Positions 30,580-38,932 of a DNA stretch of 64,000 nt are shown one piece after another; the first letter of the stretch is position 1; every line of letters begins with the position of its first letter. The notes beneath the pieces are model-generated. The model saw nothing but the letters and a program-made list of their open reading frames with translations, ran no database searches and had not been told where the DNA came from. This DNA is from Bacillota bacterium (GTDB lineage: Bacteria > Bacillota > Halanaerobiia > Halanaerobiales > Halarsenatibacteraceae). Where the stretch lies: NCBI GenBank assembly GCA_051745425.1, contig JBNJEB010000001.1, positions 23,320 to 87,319 of the forward strand, in the 5' to 3' direction. Made by a program: the position numbers and the translations under genes.

Positions 30580-32353
30580 TCCGCTCCAGAACAGCCATAA
30601 ATGCATCCTGTGGAATCTCGACACTCCCAACCTGTTTCATTCGCTTCTTGCCTTCTTTCTGCTTTTCAAGCAGCTTCCGCTTTCTACTAACATCTCCACC
30701 ATAACATTTTTGCAAAACATCTTTCCTCTGGGCCGGTATATTAACTCTGGCAACCACATCATTGCCAATAGCAGCCTGAATAGGAACTTTAAACATATGG
30801 CGAGGAATTATTTCCTTTAATTTTCTGGCAAGGCTCTCTCCTAATCTTCTGGCACTATCACGATGAACAATAGTAGATAAGGCATCAACTGGCTCTTTAT
30901 TAACTAAAATATCCAGTTTCACTAAATCAGATTCTCTATAGCCAATCTGTTCATAATCAAGAGTCGCATAGCCTCTAGTACTCGATTTGAGTTGATTAAA
31001 AAAATCAGTAATGATTTCATTCATTGGCATATGATAATTAATAACCACTCTATTCTCATCAATATATTTCATATTGACAAACTCGCCTCTATTATCCTCA
31101 CATAATTTCATAATAGCTCCAATATATTCTTCAGGAGAACTAATATTGGTTTTTACAAATGGCTCAGAGACAACCTCTATTTCACTCTGTTCAGGAAAGT
31201 TAGAAGGATTTTCAATTTCCAGCTCTTCACCAGATTTCTTTTCAATTTTATAAATTACACTTGGAGCAGTAATAACCAGGTCTAAATCATATTCTCTTTC
31301 AAGCCTCTCCTGAACTATCTCCATATGAAGCAGGCCTAAGAACCCACATCTAAAACCAAAACCTAAAGCTTCAGAAGTTTCTGATTCAAAAGTCAGCGCA
31401 GCATCATTTAACTGTAATTTCTCCAGAGCTTCCTGAAGAACTTTATAATCATTATTATCTGTTGGATACATTCCGCTAAAAACCATTGGCTGTACTTTCT
31501 TATAGCCTGGTAGAGGTTCTTTAGCAGGATTATTAAAGTCAGTAATAGTATCACCAACTCTACAGTTTCTAACATCTTTAATACCTGCCATTAAATAACC
31601 AACTTCTCCTGCGGTAAGTTCGTCAACCTCTTTAAAGCCAGGATTAAAAATCCCCACCTCATCAACCTCATATTTCTTCTTGCTGGCCATTAAATAAATC
31701 ATATCCCCTTTTTTAATTTTACCAGAGATAACCCTTATATGGGGAACAACCCCCTGATATGAATTATAGATAGAATCAAAGACTAAAGCTTTTAAAGGCT
31801 GGTCGACGTTAGCTTCAGGAGCGGGAACCCTCTCAATTATTGCATCCAATACCTCTGTTATCCCAATTCCTTCTTTGGCTGATGTTAAAAGTACTTCATC
31901 AGGATCTATTCCTAATCCCATCAGTTCTTCCTTTACTCTATCCGGGTCAGCAGCCGGTAGGTCAATCTTATTAATTACCGGTATAATCTCTAAATCATGT
32001 TCTAAAGCCAGATATATATTGGCCATAGTCTGAGCCTCAATACCCTGGGCAGCATCGATAATTAAAAGCGCACCTTCGCAGGCTGCCAGGCTTCTTGAAA
32101 CCTCATAGGCAAAGTCAACATGGCCCGGGGTATCTATTAGATTCAACTTATAATCTTTATATTTAAGGGAAACAGCCTGAGCCTTTATTGTAATACCTCT
32201 TTCCCTTTCTAAATCCATATTATCAAGAACCTGTTCCTGCATATCTCTATCAGTGATCGTACCAGTCTGCTCTAAAATTCTGTCAGCTAGAGTAGACTTT
32301 CCATGGTCAATATGTGCAATTATACAAAAGTTTCGTATATTTTCATTCTTCAA
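30566..32353 (-). CDS. lepA: elongation factor 4 (LepA)
   Basis: GTPase motifs [17 protein letters not shown] and NKID, with the LepA C-terminal domain. Confidence 0.95.
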   Translation of the reverse strand: MKNENIRNFCIIAHIDHGKSTLADRILEQTGTITDRDMQEQVLDNMDLERERGITIKAQAVSLKYKDYKLNLIDTPGHVDFAYEVSRSLAACEGALLIIDAAQGIEAQTMANIYLALEHDLEIIPVINKIDLPAADPDRVKEELMGLGIDPDEVLLTSAKEGIGITEVLDAIIERVPAPEANVDQPLKALVFDSIYNSYQGVVPHIRVISGKIKKGDMIYLMASKKKYEVDEVGIFNPGFKEVDELTAGEVGYLMAGIKDVRNCRVGDTITDFNNPAKEPLPGYKKVQPMVFSGMYPTDNNDYKVLQEALEKLQLNDAALTFESETSEALGFGFRCGFLGLLHMEIVQERLEREYDLDLVITAPSVIYKIEKKSGEELEIENPSNFPEQSEIEVVSEPFVKTNISSPEEYIGAIMKLCEDNRGEFVNMKYIDENRVVINYHMPMNEIITDFFNQLKSSTRGYATLDYEQIGYRESDLVKLDILVNKEPVDALSTIVHRDSARRLGESLARKLKEIIPRHMFKVPIQAAIGNDVVARVNIPAQRKDVLQKCYGGDVSRKRKLLEKQKEGKKRMKQVGSVEIPQDAFMAVLERNDDD

Positions 32354-32451
32354 AGTAAAGCCTCCTGTTAAAATTATATAGACACATTTACAATTATACC
32401 ATCATATTGAGAAGCTAATCAAGCTAATAAGAAAAACAAAACCGATTCTAC

Positions 32452-32480
32452 TTGCAATTCACCATTATATTTGATAAAAT
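32452..32480 (+). promoter_or_regulatory. candidate sigma-A promoter of rpsT
   Basis: TTGCAA (32452-32457), 17 nt spacer, TAAAAT (32475-32480). Lies 65 nt upstream of the rpsT ATG. Confidence 0.5.
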
Positions 32481-32544
32481 GATGTTCGTTGAAGAAAAAA
32501 GATTTCATCTGGTTAAACCAGATTGATTAGGAGGTGTTTTAGAA

Positions 32545-32814
32545 ATGCCAATAATTGAATCTGCTAAAAAGCGGGTAAGAACTTCTGCTAAGAAGGCCGA
32601 GCAAAATAAAAAGTGGAAAAAGGCTATGAAGCTTGCCATTAAAGACTATAAGAAGCTTATTGAAGGCGATCCTTCTCAGGAAGAAGCTGAAGAGAGTCTG
32701 GCATATGCCTACAAAATGATTGATAAAGCTGTTAAAAATAATATCATCCACGAGAACAATGCTGCTCGTAAGAAATCTCGCTTAACCAGAATGTTAAACG
32801 AAAAATACAACTAA
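32545..32814 (+). CDS. rpsT: 30S ribosomal protein S20
   Basis: MPIIESAKKRVRTSAKKAEQNK is the canonical S20 N-terminus. AGGAGG RBS. Confidence 0.95.
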   Translation: MPIIESAKKRVRTSAKKAEQNKKWKKAMKLAIKDYKKLIEGDPSQEEAEESLAYAYKMIDKAVKNNIIHENNAARKKSRLTRMLNEKYN

Positions 32815-32821
32815 TAATAAA

Positions 32822-32861
32822 CCAGGCCCCTTACCTATGATTGAGTGGCCTGGATTTTTTT
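32822..32861 (+). terminator. intrinsic terminator after rpsT
   Basis: Stem CCAGGCC...GGCCUGG followed by AUUUUUUU. Confidence 0.6.
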
Positions 32862-33846
32862 ATGGATTAAATTTTAATAAAAATTCTTCTATCAACTCTT
32901 CTGGACTCCCGCCCTGACCAGTTACAATATTTTTATTTACTTCCCAGAGTTTTTCTATAAATAATTCTAGTTTTGAAAATGACAGCTTACCGCATTGTTG
33001 ATATACTTTTTTAACCGGGTAGGGATGTTCATTTATCTCTTTTGCAATCTTTTTATGATTAAAGCTCCTCTTTTCTTTAAGCTCTTTTACTTTTATCAAT
33101 AATTCTAACTGCCTGTGGATCATAATTAATATATAGATAGGACTCTGACCGTCCTTTATAAGTTCTCTATATTCCTTTAAAGCCTGATCCTTTTTGCCTG
33201 CCATCCAATTATCTAACATATTAAATATAATATTCTCTGCCATCAGACCGTCTCTACTTAAGATCTGGTAAGAATCTTTAAGGCTAATTTTATCTTTTTC
33301 ATAATTTAGTGTTATTATCTTTTCAATCTCTTTATCAAGAGCTTCAAGTCTATTATCAAAAAGATATTCTAAATATTTAACCAGTCTCTTATCAACTGCT
33401 TTTGAAGACTCCTTAAACCTATTTCTGATCCAATTGTCTAAATCTCTATATCTAGGTCTTTTAAACTCAAAGAAATTTCCATTTTTCTTAAACTCCTTAT
33501 AAAGCTTAATTCGTTTATCAGGACTACCATTTAAAATAAAGACTACTGTTATTTTTTCCAGGTCTTTTGAAAATAGGTCTATAATTTTTTTATCATATTT
33601 GCTTTTCTTTGCAAACAATTCTTCACATTCAACTATCACTAATTTATATTCTGTCATCAGGCTGATCGTCTTAATTGCCTGAACTAATTTTTGCAGAAAA
33701 TTATCATCCTGATCATTAATTCTTTCTTTATGAATATCATTTACACCTGATTTTTTTATTTTAGCTTCGATACTATCTAATTTTTCTCTAATCAAATAAC
33801 TCTCTTCACCGGCCAGCAAATAAAAAGAATTGAGTGATTCTGCCAC
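32860..33846 (-). CDS. holA: DNA polymerase III delta subunit
   Basis: 328 aa with HolA-like sequence (YLLAGEESYLI). Conserved position between comEC and rpsT. Confidence 0.8.
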   Translation of the reverse strand: MAESLNSFYLLAGEESYLIREKLDSIEAKIKKSGVNDIHKERINDQDDNFLQKLVQAIKTISLMTEYKLVIVECEELFAKKSKYDKKIIDLFSKDLEKITVVFILNGSPDKRIKLYKEFKKNGNFFEFKRPRYRDLDNWIRNRFKESSKAVDKRLVKYLEYLFDNRLEALDKEIEKIITLNYEKDKISLKDSYQILSRDGLMAENIIFNMLDNWMAGKKDQALKEYRELIKDGQSPIYILIMIHRQLELLIKVKELKEKRSFNHKKIAKEINEHPYPVKKVYQQCGKLSFSKLELFIEKLWEVNKNIVTGQGGSPEELIEEFLLKFNP

Positions 33847-33898
33847 AGTTTAACCTCCTCCAGCATTTAAAATAATCTATTATAAATCATAACATATT

Positions 33899-35146
33899 TT
33901 ATAAATAAAGAACAATAATACTTATCAAAGCAAGTATAATTATTAATTTCCAGCCTAACATTAATAAAGATCTATTTCTTAACCAAACTGGCTGATTGAT
34001 ACTGGTAAAGGATGCAAATACAGTAATATAAAAAACAATTAATGGCAGCGGCATAAAAAAGTTGGCCTCATACCTGTGCAGTTTCTCTATGAAATCTAAA
34101 TCAAACCTAAATGGCAAGCCGGCAAGATAAGCTCCTGTATGAATAAAAATTGATATTAAAAAATCACTTATTTTAGAAAGAAATAAACTTGCCCGGGGAG
34201 ATAACCAGTGCAAAATCAAAATTAATAAATTAATAATATAAATTGGAATAAAAAAAGGAATCATAATCAGATTACTGACCAGCCCATTTAAATTTATCTC
34301 CTGACTTATCCAGCTCAACCAGGGCAATGAACCGATCGTTGCTGCTAGAGATACAGCTACTGGCAAAGGCAACTTTTTGAATCTGTTGATGAAAAAAAAC
34401 AAACTAATTACTACTAAAAAAGAAATTTGAAAACCTATCTGATAAAGAATCTCTGGATCAATTAGCAGGATAATAACTCCTGCAATCCCAAGTAAATTCA
34501 AAATTGATATTTTAATATTATCAATTATTAATAACCTGGCAAAAATCCACATAAAACCTGCCCTCATCAGAGAAGATGAAGCTCCTGCCAGCAAAATATA
34601 AGCTAACAACAAGAGAATTTCCATAGCTATTTTTAGATATAAGTTAATCGGCAGATACTTAAATAAAACAAAAATAAATAAAGCTGCATACCCAACATGC
34701 ATTCCTGATAGAGCCAGAAGATGTCCTACCCCTGCCTCTCTAAGCATAATAATTAATGAACCGATTTCTGATGTTTCACCTAAAATTATTGCTCCAACAA
34801 AATCTGCTCTTTCAATTGAATAATATATATGAAATATTTCTAATAAACTCTCCTGTAAACTTATTAATTTATCAGTCCTTAATAATCCTATAATATCTAT
34901 CTTTTTAAAGTAGACCTCAAATATTAATCTCAAACCATGAAGCAGAGCAAGGCCGGTAAAAAACTTTTTCTGAGCCAGATTACTATAAAGTTTAAACTTT
35001 AAAAAAATAACTGTAAATACTAGAATATAAGATATAAAAGTTATATTTAAGATATCATTTGCTAGAATCAACAAAATAATTTCCTGCCAGACTAAAAATA
35101 ATATAAAGATAATAAAGATAATATGAGAATGAATATATCTTAACAT
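33899..35146 (-). CDS. comEC: ComEC/Rec2-family membrane protein (competence domain only, short form)
   Basis: 415 aa polytopic membrane protein with competence-domain motifs (GVGHLLALSGMHVG). Its start overlaps the comEA stop (TAATG). Confidence 0.75.
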   Translation of the reverse strand: MLRYIHSHIIFIIFILFLVWQEIILLILANDILNITFISYILVFTVIFLKFKLYSNLAQKKFFTGLALLHGLRLIFEVYFKKIDIIGLLRTDKLISLQESLLEIFHIYYSIERADFVGAIILGETSEIGSLIIMLREAGVGHLLALSGMHVGYAALFIFVLFKYLPINLYLKIAMEILLLLAYILLAGASSSLMRAGFMWIFARLLIIDNIKISILNLLGIAGVIILLIDPEILYQIGFQISFLVVISLFFFINRFKKLPLPVAVSLAATIGSLPWLSWISQEINLNGLVSNLIMIPFFIPIYIINLLILILHWLSPRASLFLSKISDFLISIFIHTGAYLAGLPFRFDLDFIEKLHRYEANFFMPLPLIVFYITVFASFTSINQPVWLRNRSLLMLGWKLIIILALISIIVLYL

Positions 35147-35751
35147 TAAATTTTAATATTGTCTTTAATATTATTATAGGTATGAATTCCAATTCCAGAT
35201 ACATTCTTTATCTCTTCAATATCTTTAAAATTGCCATTCTTATCTCTATATTCTATAATTGCTGCGGCTCTAACTGCCCCTATTCCCGTTAATGAAGATA
35301 GTTCTTCAGATCCAGCCAGATTGAGATTAACTTTCCCAGTTGAATTATTTAATTTATTATTAGAAACATTTAATGAACCCTCTGAAGAAAGGTAGGAAGG
35401 TATTATTATATGCTCACCATCATGTAATATTCTTGCAAGATTTATCTGATCTAAAGCAGCTTTAGTTGTTTCTCCTCCAGCAACTGAAATAGCATCTATT
35501 AATCTAACTCCCTGAGAAAAACTAAAAACCCCTGGATTTTTTACTTCTCCCCCAATATGAACAACGATCTCTTTGCTCTCACTATTATCAGTCGCTGAAC
35601 TCATTATATTTTTTTCATTTTGACTCAACTCTATTTCTATCATTTCCTGGTCAGAAAAATTTAAGTCTTTACCGCCTACCCAGTACGCTGTTACTGCTAC
35701 CAAAATTAAGATTATCCAAAATTTCTCCTGATTCAATTTCATATTATTCAC
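35146..35751 (-). CDS. comEA: competence protein ComEA (DNA receptor)
   Basis: N-terminal TM, SLBB-type domain, and a C-terminal helix-hairpin-helix pair (LTGIGAVRAAAIIEYR, VSGIG). Confidence 0.85.
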   Translation of the reverse strand: MNNMKLNQEKFWIILILVAVTAYWVGGKDLNFSDQEMIEIELSQNEKNIMSSATDNSESKEIVVHIGGEVKNPGVFSFSQGVRLIDAISVAGGETTKAALDQINLARILHDGEHIIIPSYLSSEGSLNVSNNKLNNSTGKVNLNLAGSEELSSLTGIGAVRAAAIIEYRDKNGNFKDIEEIKNVSGIGIHTYNNIKDNIKI

Positions 35752-35816
35752 CCCATATTTTTATAGTGAATAATATTTCTTCTTATAACAAAAAATTCCT
35801 GCATAAAATACAAAAA

Positions 35817-35842
35817 AACCTAACCTATTCTCAGGTTAGGTT
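35817..35842 (-). terminator. intrinsic terminator after udk
   Basis: Minus-strand hairpin AACCUAACCU-GAGAAU-AGGUUAGGUU followed by UUUUUUGUAUUUU. Confidence 0.55.
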
Positions 35843-35847
35843 ATAAT

Positions 35848-36462
35848 TTAATTAACTTTTAAATGACCTTTTATCTTTTCAATTAATAAATCATTAGCTA
35901 TTTCATTTAATCCACCATGGGGAATAATAATATCTGCCCTGGATTTACTCGGTTCTACGAACTGTTCATGCATTGGTTTAACTGTTGATAAGTATTGTTT
36001 TTTAACAGATTCAAGGCTTCTGCCTCTCTCATTGATATCTCTGGTTATTCTTCTTAATAACCGAATATCACAATCTGTATCAACATAAATTTTTAAATCG
36101 TAATGTTCACAGAGTTTTAAGTAATATAAAGAAAGAATCCCTTCGACGATTAATATTTTAGAGGGCTTAACTACTTTTGTCTCATCAAGTCTTCGGTTCG
36201 TCTTAAAACTATAGACAGGTCGATCAATCTCTTTGCCCTCTCTGAGTTTATTCAAATGTTTTATTAATAAATCTATTTCAAACGAATTAGGATGGTCAAA
36301 ATTAATTTCATCCTCAGGAACATCAAAATGATCTAAATCATGATAATAATAATCAAGCCTTAGGATTGTTACATCATCTTTAAATGATTCCTTTAATATT
36401 CTTGCAAGTGTTGTTTTCCCAGAAGCAGAACCACCTGCAATACCAATAAGTAATACACCCAT
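35848..36462 (-). CDS. udk: uridine kinase
   Basis: P-loop GIAGGSASGKTT with Udk family sequence. Confidence 0.9.
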   Translation of the reverse strand: MGVLLIGIAGGSASGKTTLARILKESFKDDVTILRLDYYYHDLDHFDVPEDEINFDHPNSFEIDLLIKHLNKLREGKEIDRPVYSFKTNRRLDETKVVKPSKILIVEGILSLYYLKLCEHYDLKIYVDTDCDIRLLRRITRDINERGRSLESVKKQYLSTVKPMHEQFVEPSKSRADIIIPHGGLNEIANDLLIEKIKGHLKVN

Positions 36463-36487
36463 CTACTCATATCCTCCTATATACCAA

Positions 36488-36754
36488 TTATATTATACTT
36501 TTTATAGATTTCTTATTACCATTCTTTATTATATGATAATACCCCTCTGTTTGTACAGGGTTTTTTTTAAGAAATTCCTCAATTTCTTTAAATTCTTCTA
36601 CATCAAACTCAATTCCAAAACCACAATCTGCTGATATAGACGGAGGAATCGGTCGCATTTCTACTGAATAATCTTTTTCTTTTAATAATTTTTCAGCTTT
36701 TAAGGCATGATGGGTATTTGCAAATGATATTAAACCATATTCATTGTTTCTCAT
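36488..36754 (-). CDS. DUF3343 protein (putative S/Se carrier-like)
   Basis: 88 aa. Pattern FANTHHALKAEKLL...PIPPSISADCGFGIEF is typical of DUF3343. Lies 18 nt downstream of selD. Confidence 0.7.
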   Translation of the reverse strand: MRNNEYGLISFANTHHALKAEKLLKEKDYSVEMRPIPPSISADCGFGIEFDVEEFKEIEEFLKKNPVQTEGYYHIIKNGNKKSIKSII

Positions 36755-36772
36755 TTAAATCTCTCCATTTCA

Positions 36773-37813
36773 TTACTTAATAACTCTTATCTTTGAAGAC
36801 CCTTTTACAATTTCTCCAATAATTTCAGCATCTTCTCCTCTTTCAATAAGTTTATTTAAAAATTCTCTGGATTCATCAGGATGAACTGCTATCAATAATC
36901 CTCCAGAAGTTTGAGGATCGTATAATAAATCAGAAATATTTTGATTAATATCATTTTCATAGCTAACAATTTTAGAAAAAGCTTTTCTATTTTTGTGGAG
37001 TCCTGCAGGAACCATACCTGTATCCATCATCTCCATAGTATCAGGGAAAAATCTAAGTTTATCTGCAAATATTTTAGCTCCTACTTTACTACCTTTTAAC
37101 ATCTCATTTAAATGACCGACTAACCCAAAACCAGTAATATCTGTACAGCTGCTAACATCATAAATATCCATAACTTCAGCAGCAGTTGCATTTAATTTAG
37201 CCATACTTTTAACTGCAGGATGATTCATTTGATCATCAATCATCTCAGCTTTTATTGCCGTCGATATTATCCCTGCCCCTAACGGTTTAGTTAGGATTAA
37301 TTTATCACCAATTCTTGCAGTTGAATTAGCCCTTATCTTATCAGGATGAGCTATTCCAGTAACTGCCAGTCCGTATTTAGGTTCATCATCTTCTACAGTA
37401 TGGCCTCCGCCAATAAATGCACCGGCTTCTTTGACTTTATCATTGCCACCTTTTAAAATTTGATTTAAAATTTTACCTTCTAAACAATCAGGGAATCCAA
37501 CTACATTCATTGCCAGTACAGGTCTGCCTCCCATAGCATAGATATCGCTTAAAGAGTTGGCAGCAGCTATTTGACCAAATAAGTAAGGATCATCTACAAC
37601 AGGCGTAAAAAAATCAATAGATTGAATCATAACTCTATTGTCATCTAATTTATAGATAATTGCATCATCACCATTTTCTAAACCTACAATTAAGTTCTCG
37701 TCATTTGAACTAAAATCTATGTCTTTTAAAACCTCGGCCAGATCATCTGGCCCCAATTTAGAAGCTCAACCTGATGCTTTACTATATGAAGTTAGCCTTA
37801 ATTCATTTTTCAA
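36773..37813 (-). CDS. selD: selenide, water dikinase SelD containing selenocysteine (in-frame TGA at 37766-37768)
   Basis: The ORF-track CDS (from 37756) extends in frame to TTG 37811-37813, which has GGAGG 8 nt upstream. The only interruption is TGA at 37766-37768. The read-through N-terminus LKNELRLTSYSKASGUASKLGPDDLAEVL matches the E. coli SelD N-terminus, with U at the Cys17 position. Confidence 0.85.
37736..37752 (-). promoter_or_regulatory. SECIS-like hairpin downstream of the selD UGA
   Basis: Perfect 7-bp stem GGCCAGA-UGA-UCUGGCC starting 13 nt 3' of the UGA on the mRNA. Confidence 0.6.
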
Positions 37814-37905
37814 AACAAAAACCTCCTATCAATAAGAAAATTATATTAAATAAATAAATTCTAATTATAATTATAGCAGCTTAAATATCTGATAACAAGC
37901 AAAAA

Positions 37906-37931
37906 TCCCCTTTTGATTAATCAAAAGGGGA
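37906..37931 (-). terminator. intrinsic terminator after spoVS (palindromic, possibly bidirectional)
   Basis: UCCCCUUUU-GAUUAAUC-AAAAGGGGA followed by UUUUU on the minus strand. Confidence 0.55.
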
Positions 37932-37977
37932 TAGTTTTAATTCATCAGCCCCTGCTGAGCATAAATCAATCGCTTTA

Positions 37978-38238
37978 TCAGCGGGGCTCTACAATAAATT
38001 TAATAGCTGTTCTCTCTTCTCCATCAATCTCAATATCGGTGAATGCAGGAATACAAACTAAATCCATACCTGACGGAGCCACAAACCCTCTGGCTATAGC
38101 TACTGCCTTAACTGCTTGATTAATTGCTCCTGCGCCTATTGCTTGAAGCTCGGCACCACCATTTTCTCTTAAAACACCGGCTAGAGCACCGGCTACAGAA
38201 TTAGGACTAGAATTTGCTGCTACTTTAAGTACATCCAT
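37978..38238 (-). CDS. spoVS: SpoVS-family protein
   Basis: 86 aa. MDVLKVAANSSPNSVAGALAGVLRENG...AIGAGAINQAVKAVAIARGF is the highly conserved SpoVS sequence. Confidence 0.9.
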   Translation of the reverse strand: MDVLKVAANSSPNSVAGALAGVLRENGGAELQAIGAGAINQAVKAVAIARGFVAPSGMDLVCIPAFTDIEIDGEERTAIKFIVEPR

Positions 38239-38482
38239 GCTGCAAGAATACCTCCTTATTGATATAATTGGTATTTTGCCCGGGGCTGGGGCTGATATTA
38301 ATATAATTATCTATCGCTAAACAAACTCCTGCATCTTTTTCTATAAAAATGATAAAATTCTCAAAATTAACCTGATTTCTTAATATTTTAGACTAATTTC
38401 TAATATTACTGTCTAAATAAACAGGATTTATTATTAGTTAATAGAGTAAGGCAGCCATAATTATGACTGCCTCAATCAACAC

Positions 38483-38920
38483 TTATTGCTTTAATATTTT
38501 TGTAATCTTTGGATGAAAAGATTTTTTCTTTCTTAGAAAGTTATCCACTCTACGCAGACTAAAAAAGGATGTAATCAATAAGACTAAAGCTCCAATCATC
38601 CCTGCCGGTTCGGAACCAATCTCAATAAATCGAGGTAAATATCCACCGAATATAAAATAACCGGCAAACATAAATATTAACGGCAAAAGGTAAACTAAAA
38701 TAGATGCAAAATAAACTTCTTTATCACCCATTTCCAGAGCAACTTTTTGCCCGGCTTTTGCCCCAATTGGATTTTCAACCTCAACTTTTAATTCTTTTAT
38801 TTCATGACTATCACCGGCAAGACCACAATCATGCTCGCAATGCTGACAGGCTGATTGTTTTATCAGTCTTACTTCAGCCTTACCATCTAATGATTTAACA
38901 ACCATTGCTTCTTCTTCCAT
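38483..38920 (-). CDS. RseC/MucC-family membrane protein
   Basis: Cys-rich soluble N-domain (CQHCEHDCG) followed by two TM helices. Confidence 0.7.
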   Translation of the reverse strand: MEEEAMVVKSLDGKAEVRLIKQSACQHCEHDCGLAGDSHEIKELKVEVENPIGAKAGQKVALEMGDKEVYFASILVYLLPLIFMFAGYFIFGGYLPRFIEIGSEPAGMIGALVLLITSFFSLRRVDNFLRKKKSFHPKITKILKQ

Positions 38921-38932
38921 TTAATCACCTAC

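Noticed and set aside
38239-38482. 244-nt untranslated region upstream of spoVS as a possible riboswitch.
   Set aside because: The region is very AT-rich, with only short hairpins and a CCCGGG palindrome. It matches no riboswitch core I can recognise, and it probably holds just the promoter and the rseC-like gene's terminator.
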